From Rhizodiscina lignyota (taxonomy: Eukaryota), in assembly GCA_010015805.1 (NCBI GenBank), contig ML978142.1, positions 186,001-250,000 of the forward strand: a stretch of DNA of 64,000 nt. The letters are read 5' to 3'. The position numbers were made by a program, and so were the translations under genes. Below are positions 53,400 to 64,000 of the stretch, in pieces. The notes under the pieces are model-generated. The model saw nothing but the letters and a program-made list of their open reading frames with translations, was not told the origin of the DNA and did not search any database. The stretch's first letter is position 1. Each line of letters starts with the position of its first letter.

Positions 53400-55533
53400 C
53401 TCTAGAAAAGGAAGGCCGAGGTGGCACACACTTGGAAATACCTAATCAAAATCCATAGCCGGGTACTACCGCAGGAAAATCCACGAATGGAAGACGGAAG
53501 GAATTACCGTTCAGAGTACTAGAGATGCTGGAAAGACTGGCCAACTGATCGCATATAAGCTTAAACTCCGGTTCCTTGGACAGAGGGTGGGGAATGACAA
53601 TGATAAAGGTAATAGTAAGGATGTTTCTCGAGTGGACGGATATGAGAAGTAAAGTAAGCCCCAGACTTGCGCAGCACTCGTATCCGCGTATTTGCCCGAG
53701 ATATGCTAGGGAGCACCGGCTCTGACGAAATATCAGATTACTACTTTGCACTCGATAGGAAAGCTAAACACAGTAGTGAGGCTATGCTGAAAGAAGAGAC
53801 GATCATTAATCTCTTCGCAAATTACAAGTTCTACCCTATGCTACGACATGTCGCCCTTCCCTAGCTCTGCGTCAGCCCGCAACCGCTAACGGAGAAAAGA
53901 GGCACCTAGAGTACAAGTACTCGGACGAGCTGTTTTTCTTCCAATAGCTCTAAAAGAAGGGCGTCAAGAAGATCTCAAAGTCATTGTCTATGATAAAAAC
54001 AGACTGCATAAGGACGACGTCATCGTCGACGTGCTCGCCGGCGAAGGGTTGCGTGGCCTAGCCAAACTGAAGTCTTTCGACGTGGAGATTCTTAAGTGGC
54101 GAAAGGTAGATCTGTGTCCTGTCGTCATTCAAAAGGCCGCGCCGAACATGCGCGAGCTGCATCTGTAATAGAGTGAGCGGAACTCTGTGCTTAGAGGATA
54201 GAGCGAGCCGGACGGATTACCGAGGTTGAAGCATCTCGAGCCCATTTATCTTCATTATAAAGAGGTGAGAGACATCTTTATATCTCACCCTACGGGCAGC
54301 ATGATATTAGTGTAGTGAACGTATGTCATTAACCCTTGGATATGACTGTTAGGTTGTGGAGAGCTAAGCTTAAACTAAGAAATACCGCGAAGAATTCGAA
54401 GCTCGACTGAGCAAATCCCGCAAAGGTGGAAACTGAATCCTCCTAAGCTATCCCAGAGTGGTTCGGATAGCGCAGATGCCAGGTTATATCCCAAGATTTA
54501 GGTCAAGGGTCGCGGGAAGGTAACTACCATTAGTCAAACCCAGCCATCTAGCGTGAATGATTCTAAAAACGCTCTAAATAAGAACCAAGATACCTAGCTA
54601 AAGTACGCTCGGAACTTCAGTTGCAGAATACCAGACTTGCCTGAGGCTGCAGGAAAGATGAACAAGGCGCTCCATAATGTGAACGTAGCCATCATCGACG
54701 ATAGGGTCGACTTCCTAGGTGCAGACATAGAGGGCTTCCTCAAATGATTTACACCAGGGCTGAGCTTCGACACGTCAGCGGATAGCCCTGCTCACCATTT
54801 CTCTTCGAGTGGACATAACACCTCTGTGGCAAAACTGATTCTTGACGTCTGCCCTAACGCTAACATCATGCCATATCTTCTCATGGCCAATGTCGAGAAA
54901 GAGGGCCATGTCCCACGTCCAAGGCCTGGAAGTACAGCTAAAGTACGAGGCGGCCACAGGGCTCAATTCCTACAGATACGGTGCCCTTGTTTCCCCGTTA
55001 GACAAGCAGGGTTCCGGTGGCCAAGACAAAAAACTGTGTACTACAGAGTGACAGTATAAGCAAGCTTCTAGGTATCCGGGAGGCTATTAGCAACGGCGTT
55101 GACATAATTTCCATGCCCTGGTCCATTACACAGACCGATGATAAGGTTCAACCGAAGAGGGATGACTTTAAGGCCCTCAAAGCGGTTCGAAATGATGTCG
55201 ATAAACCCCATTAATGTCCTCTGTGGTGCTAGTGACGACGCACACTCCAGAAACCGGGGCGACGAGGTTCTCTCAGGAATCGACAGGGATATCTTCCGGA
55301 TCGGAGCTGCCGACTAGACTTGCTAGACTCGGCCCTACGTGATGGATCCGAAAGCCGTTCACTTCGTGTTTCCCGGGGTCGACTTAGACATTCCGACCTT
55401 GACGAAGAGCACCTCTAGCAGCACTAAGAAGAGCAACCTCGAGAAGAAAATGTTAGGACCGTCTACCGTGGCCTGGCCAGACACCTGCTTTAGGATGCGG
55501 CAGGGATCCTCATCGCGAGAGTCTAGGCGCTGA
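53400..55533 (+). pseudogene. RIP-inactivated S8 (subtilisin-like) peptidase gene of the fungal ankyrin/S8 type, 5'-truncated
   Basis: 'FFQ*L*KKGVKKI', 'EILKWRKVDLCP', 'RELHL**S...LRG*SEPDGLPRL', 'VAIIDDRVD', 'GHNTSVAKLI', 'GVDIISMPWSI', 'FRIGAAD' and 'FVFPGVD'. Confidence 0.75.
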
Positions 55534-55721
55534 TACGCCAGTAAAAGGAAGCGCCAAGCGATCACGATCCAGGGCTGCATGCAACCTCCGTCGATTAGGT
55601 GCCTCAATCCCCGAATCGTCTCGTCTTCCATAAGCACGCAGCCCTTCTGTGTCGTGATCAGAGCATGAGCTCCGATCATGACACCGCGCAAGCGGTTCCG
55701 ATGGTCCACGCAGCTCTTACC

Positions 55722-56760
55722 CTACGAAGGACACTCAAGATCCTCGTGGCCTGCACCTGCCAGGAAGACCGGAGAGTCCGTCATGTGAACAGCTTTCGCC
55801 AGGCCGCCGTCTCCGGAGCCGTCAAGAAGTGTGACTAGCGACTCGTGTACCAGCAACAGCTCAGTGTCGAAGGGATCACCGTCATCGTCCTTCCCTGAGG
55901 AGGCAGAGTGGAGGAGCATCTCTGTGATCTCCCCGTGTGACATTCTCCCATCGAATGCTTCGAAAATCCGCGACTCCATCATGCGGAGCACATGTACTGC
56001 CATAGTGAGGGGAACGGCAATTGCAGACAACGTGAGCTCGCCGGCTTCAAACCTGACCCAGGCGCTCTCTACAAATCTGAAGGTTTGCGTGTAGCCCTTG
56101 GCGTACGACTTGCAGGCGGTGGAGAAGCTTGCTTCAGGGCCGTCTTCTAGAGGGAGCACCGGCTCCACTTCGGCGCCAGGTGACGGCCCACCGAGCCCAT
56201 CCTACTCTTGAGACTGAGACAATGCAGTTGCTTTGTCTCTCTCGCCAACGTGAGATTCCTCAGTAGGTGAGGTCGTCTGCTCCACCTCCAAGGGTGAGAA
56301 CCATGATACGCCGTGTTCATACTCGGTATGGATAGTCTTCTTGACTGGTGCCGCTCTCATGCACCGCGGAAAGCCCGATTCAGTGACTCAAGCATATTTT
56401 TCAACGTGCTTAAATAGTAGGCATGGCCGCCATCATCCCTTGAGTCATTGCGGTATACGCGGGTGGCTTGTCCCCGATAGTGAATGGCCGAATCGAAGTC
56501 TGCGATGATTGTGGTGGAAATCCTGGTCGCCGATTCCGCAACGCGTTGGCAAATAGAAATCATAGTGTTATTGTTGAAATCATGCTGCGGAGGGTGGGCC
56601 ACAGAGCTTGATCCTTGCGAGGTCGTAGGTAGTTCAATTTTCAACTCTCGAACTTGAGCATGAAGTCACTTGTTGATTGCCTCGTCTGCTTTCTTGTATT
56701 GCCGCACATAATCGCCTATAGGCTCCAGGCGCGGATCGCGAGAGTGCTCATGACCAGATC
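55722..56760 (-). pseudogene. DUF6604-like pseudogene
   Basis: 'VRQYKKADEAINK*L' has a stop at 56666-56668 where Trp is expected, followed by 'DSAIHYRGQATRVY...GHAYYLSTLKNM'. Fragmented downstream. Confidence 0.55.
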
Positions 56761-57539
56761 GTGTGGAAGAGGTAGAATAGGAAGAAGGGCCAGATACTGA
56801 AGCATGGGGAGGGCGACTGCTTTAACCAGCACGTTAGAGCGAGTATCTGAGCTACAAGGGCAGTCATGGAACACTTACCGCATAGTACTAGTATGAATAA
56901 ACCTCTATCACGTCTGTTGGAAGCTGTCAGGCCAGGGAAGACGGTGCCAGGGAGCCAGAGTAGGGGTACTACAAGAGGGGCGAACGCGTACAGAGGATAC
57001 GAGGGATTTGACCTCTCGCTGTGCTTGCGTCCTGGAACGTGTAGTAAGCTCTGTGGTGCCTGATGGCCGGACCCGGTATACTTATACCCTGCCAACAGAA
57101 TCTGCGCATTAAAGCAAGTCTGCTGTTGATATGCCATTGTTCCAGCCCTAGTATGCCATTGTTTCATCTCTTTTTAACGTGAAAGACAGTATTGTTGCTT
57201 TCATTGAAGGCAGCTAGCATTACCGGCTAAGACATGTCTTCTAACGGTGTCGGAGACACACGTCCATTGTGGTGTTGAAACTGATGAAACCGGACCTTGT
57301 CTTAGGACGAATTCTATTGTCCTCGCTAGCGGCGTAAGAGAGAGACGCGTGGCCACATCTGGTATTACGCTGAACTCTGGCAGTCATTTCCTAGCCATGT
57401 CGGGCGAAATCGTACCCATGTCCGAGGAACCACTGCCGGCTTTTGAGGCCGTCCACTTCAACAGTTGGAGATGTAATTGACGCAGATGCCGGTTCTTTGT
57501 ACGCGCGTATAGCGTATAGACCTTCGTACTAGACTCTAT

Positions 57540-58985
57540 TTAGAGTTTCTCGTTTATAACTTCATCTTCCGAGCCTCTCCCACAAGATTCTATCTGATGC
57601 AGTAGTATCTTCCAAGCTTCCGTCAGGTCTGCAATTTGCTGCTGGGAGTCGGCAAATGTTTTCTCTAAGCCGTTCCGCTTGTGCCTTAAGGCCTCGACTA
57701 CCTGCTGCGAATTGGCAAATAGTTGCTCTAGGCTATTCCGTTGCTGCCTCAATGCGTGAGCATCTCTCTCAAGCTCCGAGAGCCTCTGTTTCGTCTTCTC
57801 GATTGTCTCCTCGACTGTTAGGTTGTCCTCATTCTTGTCGAAGAGGTCAAATAATTTTCGCTTCATCTCATCGACTTCATCCTTCTTGGCGTCGCGCTCT
57901 GTCTGTAGCTCCGAGATGTGTTTGAGAGTTTGTGCTTCTCCGGTGGTTGGAGAATGAGTCGACGATAAGATACTCTCTAATTGATCCATCTTCACGTTGA
58001 TGTTGCTAAGATTCTTAGTCTCGGCGTCAATGCGTTGGATCTGCCCACTAAGGTCCTCGGTCCTAGTATCAATGAGCCGAAGCAGCTCGCTATTGTCGAT
58101 GACCGCGTTCCCGAGAGATGTGATCTCCTCCTGAAATCTCTGAGAGTCAAGGTTCTCCAGATGTACTCGCCGTAGGTGCTCGCACAGCTCGTTCATGTTG
58201 ATATCATTGCGAATTTGGTTGGTAGATTGGAGTTGTTGTGCCAGCTGGGCCTGTTCGTTACTGCTGCTTTGGTGGCGTTGCACTAGCTCTTGGAGTTGCT
58301 CGGCTAGCTTAGCTTGCTGGTTGCTGCTGATTTGGTGGTTTTGCGCCAGCTCTTGGAGGATTGGAACTATCTGATCGATCCTGTTGGACCCTTCTGAGGC
58401 GATTGAGTAGCTGGTTTGGAGTATCGGAACTATCTGATCGAGCCTGTTGGACGCTTCTGTTGCGATCGAGATATGCCTACCAAATTCTTGTACTGCAGCA
58501 GACATCTGTTGATGAATCTCTGATACGAGTTGACTATGACTTGCATCGCAACGCTCGACCCCGCGGCGCAAACTGCTCAGTTCTCCCATACATCTATCGA
58601 GCGCATTGTCACGTTGCTTGAAGTTTTCGCGAACTGGTCCGAGCCATGTTTGGAGGTGTCTGTTGATTGATGCCTCCAGCTGAGCATCATGCTGCTTCAG
58701 ACGTTCGTCAAATTCCTTGTGCGTGACGGGTTGATCCGGACGGGTATCGCTTCTGCAGGAATAAAGTATTAGATCATAGAAATATTTGCGGTAGGACCTT
58801 CCAGCCTTACCCCCGCTGTCCTTTGCCTTGCGGTTGGTACCTACTGTTGCTGTCCTCCCACGGAAGAGGCGTGCAGCTCCAGGAAATCCTGGGACTTCGT
58901 GTTGGAGGCGGCAAATCCATCCTGAGAGGGCTGTGGAGAAAAGGAGGCGAAAGGTAAGTATGTACATAAAATAGCTTCTGGACAT
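57540..58985 (-). CDS. Coiled-coil protein of unknown function (5' exon structure uncertain)
   Basis: Long Gln/Leu/Glu-rich helical ORF with internal 21-aa repeats. A probable intron near 58752-58809 means the listed N-terminus is unreliable. Confidence 0.6.
   Translation of the reverse strand: MSRSYFMYILTFRLLFSTALSGWICRLQHEVPGFPGAARLFRGRTATVGTNRKAKDSGGKAGRSYRKYFYDLILYSCRSDTRPDQPVTHKEFDERLKQHDAQLEASINRHLQTWLGPVRENFKQRDNALDRCMGELSSLRRGVERCDASHSQLVSEIHQQMSAAVQEFGRHISIATEASNRLDQIVPILQTSYSIASEGSNRIDQIVPILQELAQNHQISSNQQAKLAEQLQELVQRHQSSSNEQAQLAQQLQSTNQIRNDINMNELCEHLRRVHLENLDSQRFQEEITSLGNAVIDNSELLRLIDTRTEDLSGQIQRIDAETKNLSNINVKMDQLESILSSTHSPTTGEAQTLKHISELQTERDAKKDEVDEMKRKLFDLFDKNEDNLTVEETIEKTKQRLSELERDAHALRQQRNSLEQLFANSQQVVEALRHKRNGLEKTFADSQQQIADLTEAWKILLHQIESCGRGSEDEVINEKL
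58225..58475 (-). repeat. 63-bp (21-aa) coding tandem repeat, about 4 degenerate units
   Basis: IATEASNRLDQIVPILQTSYS / IASEGSNRIDQIVPILQELAQ / NHQISSNQQAKLAEQLQELVQ / RHQSSSNEQAQLAQQLQSTNQ. Confidence 0.8.
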
Positions 58986-60258
58986 GTGTCATTTCAACCA
59001 TGTCTCTGCCGAGCACCCGTGAGCGATGACGATCGGCACCCTGGATTGTTATGCGCTCTTTCTGAGTTTCTGATCGAAATTTAGATTGTATCAGTTTCAG
59101 GAGGTAAACTGTCCCACATGCAACGCGCGCACAGCTTTTGTGTACGTACATGGAAGAATCGGGTCTGGCCAGTCCCACTGATACGCTCCCAGTCAGGCAC
59201 GTCACGTTATGTGGGTCGCTGCGGGCCCGATCCGATTTAGGATAAGGCGGAATCTGCAACCCATTCCTTCTTTGATCGCCGTCGCTCTTGTCCCGTCAGA
59301 ATCAACTGATGCCGTTGTTTAATTGCCATACACAGCAGAACGCAACGCCACTCCTCACTTGACCTCTCGGTTGGATTCTGTTCCGGTATCGTATATGTAT
59401 GTACACCGGCTCGTCGTCTATTCCGTGGTCATTGCTCGCCGCTGGTCAACCATGTGGATATGTGTTCTTATGAAGATTGACAGCACCTTCAATTGTAGCT
59501 CATTTCTCTCGAAGTTGACAGAATGAGATGGCGGACGGAGCACATGCATACTCTACGTCTCGATATTGATGTTGTGACTCTACCTACGTTTGCCGTTTAT
59601 CCATCAAGATCACTACTCGTATTGTCTCATCCCCTCTTTCACGGCCATAACTTTGTAAATGTATACCCCGGGATCCGATAATTCTACGGCTCAAGGACAG
59701 CTCATACGTGTATTGACGTAGAGTCTGGTGCCATCACTTGCTACATAAGTTATTGCAGGTGTGTAATCGTTAAGGACGCGCCGTCCACTAACTATGGAGC
59801 GCCACAGCAGCTCAAGCATGTTCTAGATTCTGTACCGAAGCTTCAATACTCCCATCTCCGACTATGGGTAAATGCCGATTGGTTAAGGATTTCTTCTTTA
59901 TTGAGTATTTATTCTGCTCGCGTGGCGCTGTTTCGTGTCATCTCAGTCGTTGTCTTACTCAACGTCCACGTTCTCCGTACGATATATCTTCATTCTCGCA
60001 CCATGCGGTCTGCTCATACTTTTCCATCCGCAAGTACATCTCCTTGCTTATTGATATCATTTGCTCACTTATCGACTCTTATTACCGGCCGTCGGATTTG
60101 GTCCCATCTGTCCATCTCTGGCATCGGCGCCTAAGGGCATCCAGCGCGTACGCCTTCACAGCCAGAGCCACCGCGCAACATGCCAAAGACTTCACGTGTA
60201 CAAGTTGCCGCCTATTAACATTCGGAATCAGTGAGATTAATACGTATGACAGAATGTA

Positions 60259-61207
60259 ATGGCCATGCAGCGCTATGATCCGCTACGGCGGCACCGCCAG
60301 CAACCAGAGCGCGCTCCAGATCACATTGAAGAAGCCTTAACACAAGAACAAGTATATAGCCTTAACCCCTCGCCTCATTTGTTCAACGTATTAACACCGT
60401 CTGTGGCAGACAACCGAAATGGGGACAGACCTCTTCAACGATCTACAACGGAGGCGAGCGTCTACATTCAGTCTTAACGAAGCACGAACAGTCGCCGTAA
60501 AAGAAATGGCCACAAGGCTCCTCTCTGGCGAGCTGTTTCATCGAGACCTGTTGGACCTCCGGAGCACGTTTATTGACTGTAGTCACTGTACCGGATATAT
60601 CTCAAGTTTCCAACTTAGTTTAGCCGAATTCTCCAGGTATCTCGCTCGCGCCGAGATTGTCAGAGTTATCCACGCCACAAAATTCAAAAAGGACACCCCG
60701 ATGGCCTTACAGTGGCACGGTCGCAGATTTTCCGTAAAGCCAGACGAGATTCGCCGACTGTTCCCGCACACGCCGCAAGATGTCCTGCAAATGTTTTCAA
60801 TGAAAAGATATGCATTTAACGCGTGTAAGATTGGCCTCCTACTTGACTATTTTAGCAATGAGCTCTCAGACGGAGTCATCGGTCTTTTGGCTATGTGTGC
60901 GTACTCTTATAACGAATTGCACCCCAGTCGGATTCGTTCTAGAGAGCCGAGCAGCTCACCGCACCCGGCTCTCGCTGCTACAATCAAGCATCTTGAAGAG
61001 ATAGGCATTGTTCAGATAGTTGCATCGGCCGGATTAACTGACTTCGTGGGAAGCATTCGCCGCCGCCAGCGGGATATCATTGCCGCCAATCCTCACCTGC
61101 AACAATGCCGCGACCAGCAGACTTCAGCAGCACGATCGTCCGAAACGACGAGTAACCCGGCCAGAATGCCTCATTTGGCTAATGCTGAATCATCTCAACT
61201 TACTTGA
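60259..61207 (+). CDS. Hypothetical protein, two exons
   Basis: Predicted intron 60352-60409 (GT...CAG) joins the ATG at 60259 in frame to the 262-aa ORF 60419-61207. No family recognised. Confidence 0.55.
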
Positions 61208-62956
61208 CATCCCCGTTACGACCATGCTGCACCAAAAGGGGCTTTCGCTCTCCACGGCGGCCGATTACCGACGGGTCAACTGGAAGCAAGCCATGGCATT
61301 TACAGATCAAGCATTTTACTGGCTGCCTCACAGCTGAGCCAGGATTTTGTTTTGCCCTCCCATTGTTTGGCGCGCCCGTGCGATAGAGAGAGCCAGGCGA
61401 TTCGAGCTTGCGATTGAACAGTTTACAGTGTTAATTGATTAGCTTTGTAAATCACAGTTGGCAGAGGCAATGACCCTCGCTGAATGATGCCTCCCATAAC
61501 AACATCTTGCACTGTTTCCGGATGTCAGATTCCGTGCTCGTGACTATTAAAAGTACAGAATTCCACTATTGCTCTAGCGCTTTTTAGTGATACAAAAGCG
61601 TCTTAAAAACTCATCAAGGAAAGTATTAATTCTTCAGTATTTCTAGAATTTCGCAAGGTTTTCGGGTTCCAGCTTGAGACTTACGTACGGGCGTCTTCTT
61701 CAGGGTGTGGTTTTACTTGACATACGCCGCGCGAAATGCATTCTACCCCCTCGAAACACTTGCGCTGAATGATCTTTTAAATGAAAGAATATGCCGATGC
61801 ACACGCTCTTAAGTGCGCTTCGTAATGGTAGTGCATGACTCGCCTTAAAGAGTCACCCACTGGCTTGGAGATCACCAGATCCGCATTAGTTTGTTATGTG
61901 TCAAGTTAAAAGAAGGGGAGAGGGAGAGCTTGACTTGAGAACGGAAAGAACTCCCAGCAGTCCATTTGATACGTGAAACAAAGAAAGAGCAGAAATCGAT
62001 AGATTTGCATCGCCTACTTCTTGTATTCCCAAGCTGAATTGCCTTGAAGTGTTGTCGTTCCAAAGTTTCTTTGTTTCACGTATCAAATGGACTGCTGGCA
62101 TGACTCACTTCGGTTTCAAGTCCTGCTCTCTTATTGCTTTGCCCACGTGCTCCACTTGTACTCCATTTCTCTAAGGTCTATTACAAAGGCCATTAAACAC
62201 CTTCCCATAATGCGCCTTGCCTGAGTTTTGCAAAGCTCCTCGAAATAGACAGTCGCAACGAGAGCCTAAAGCAGGCAAAGGAAAGTGCAAAGTAGGAAAA
62301 CGAAACAAAAACCGCGCAACTAGAGAACTTACAGAAGGTATAGTCTTGCTTGAAGCATGCTTATAAGATCTACACTAGCGCGTTCTCAACACCGCGGTCT
62401 CACAATCAAAAGGCTCCAAGACTAAGATCCGTCGTATTCATCAACCAACTCCTAAAATTGACGGCAGGTGGATTGGATATAAAGAGTGTTTCATTCGACA
62501 TGCAACCGCGTTGACGAGACTTGATATGTTCAAAGGTGGAACATGCCACTTTCATTACTGTTGCCCTATTTTGCTGACCTAGTTTAGCAATCTCTATAAA
62601 CTCTGGCGGGGTGGGGATGTCTTGTTCTTGCAGTACGGTGAAAGTGGGACCTCTCGACAAGGAGCCCTCACAATCAAGTTACAGGGCCATGGATCTGGGA
62701 ACACATTGGATGACGATACGGACTGTATAGCTTTATGCCGGATGTTTTTCACTTTTCCTTCTCGGAAAGGGCTGTATCGTTGCGGCTTTGCAGTTCTGTA
62801 GCTTCAGTAAATGCAGGCAGTGCTAATCCGCGCTGTCAAGAATCTGTCTTCTCCACGTAGAGCCTGCAGTTCCTCCTATTGAATTGAAATAGTTGTCGTC
62901 TTTTAGCCAGCATTGCAATGATTGTTGTCAACATCGGTCAACTTGTATCATGCTCG

Positions 62957-62976
62957 CCCCCCCCCCCCCCCCCCCC
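62957..62976. repeat. poly-C (20 nt)
   Basis: Homopolymer seen directly. Confidence 0.9.
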
Positions 62977-64000
62977 ACACCAAAACACCAACACACACAC
63001 AAAACGTCCAAATTACTCTCTTTATACCTCGTGTACCTGAGGACTAGTCTCACTCACTTGGTATTTTCGGCATAGTAGCCATCATGACCGGAATTACACG
63101 GATTAGAGATCGGGACAGACACTCATGCATGTCACGAATGGGAGGCAATGCAGAGAATATCCTGAAGTTTAAACGCTACTCCGAAAAATTATACTTGATC
63201 CGCAAGCTTTCCAAACCAATTACTTGCCAATAGCATAAAAACCTCTTCTCTCAATTTACAGTATGCACTCTAAGCGACTAGTTCGCTTCCTCAATCAGTC
63301 TCCGACCGTTTCGCACACAAGCACCGGTCCCCAGACGGTCGTGTCACCACTTCGCTGCCGAATTTTGTGCCCGGGCTACATCTTGCGAAGCATGTATACC
63401 GTTACTTCAAGAGGTAGGGGCTGCGGTCGGGCGTTAAGAGGCCGAGGATGACGACGTAGAGACATTCCAGGAGACTGGAGATGACAATGTAGAGGGCTTC
63501 CAGGAGGGCCCGGAGAGTGCAACTGAGCAAGTAGAAGAAGATGGTCCTGACGGTGGGCTAGATGAGGGCCATAATAGCGGCACGGGTAGTGATGGCGTAG
63601 TCAAAGACGAGGACCATGAGAACCAGAGCGAGGATGTTGTACATGTCATCCATAGTGAGTCTGCCCGGTGACGTATTCATGGCGGCGCCTAGAAATTAGC
63701 AACTGATGTCCAGAGCGTCAGTTGGCTTACTTAAACTTACCGGCGAAGCTGGATGAAAAATCGAAAAAGGCGAGTTGATTGACTTTGCACTTGCTGGCTC
63801 TCTGGAGTGATATTTGGGCTGGCAGTGCAAATCCACTCTTGGTGCTATCAAATGTATATATAGGCAAAATCTTCCTGCGTCTCCTGATTGTCGACTGTCT
63901 TAAAGCGGTGTTGAAACTATAGTCTCAAACTAAGACAATCGATAAGGAGGCGCAACTGTCGCAAAGGAGGGTAAATGAGGATGTCTTAGAGTCACACAAG

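Noticed and set aside
63400..63680. Small hydrophobic minus-strand ORF (MNTSPGRLTMDDMYNILALVL...)
   Set aside because: Short, interrupted by an in-frame TAG and without recognisable homology.

Overview
This is intron-containing fungal (ascomycete) genomic DNA in three parts. (1) About 0.3-12.2 kb: ordinary metabolic genes (allantoate-permease-type MFS, SCP2-like/PhyH dioxygenase, Gfo/Idh/MocA oxidoreductase, aldehyde dehydrogenase) and one orphan ORF. (2) About 12.4-45.7 kb: an apparently complete 15-gene epipolythiodioxopiperazine (ETP) cluster. It holds a GliP-type NRPS; GliC, I, N, K, J, G, Z, T and M homologs; two extra P450s; an ABCB exporter; an extra His-rich SAM methyltransferase; and a GliZ-like protein lacking the DNA-binding domain, transcribed divergently from gliZ. 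Nearly every cluster promoter carries TCGG-N3-CCGA or near-identical palindromes. The gene set resembles the dimeric-ETP (verticillin/chaetocin) clusters more than gliotoxin. (3) About 45.7-64 kb: a RIP-scarred accessory mosaic with a DUF7924-like gene, S8-peptidase and DUF6604-like pseudogenes, orphan genes, and a frameshifted relic that reads as a fused RNA triphosphatase-guanylyltransferase (virus/linear-plasmid-type mRNA capping enzyme), next to further unrecognised intron-less ORF remnants. All family assignments come from motif recognition by eye; no database search was run.
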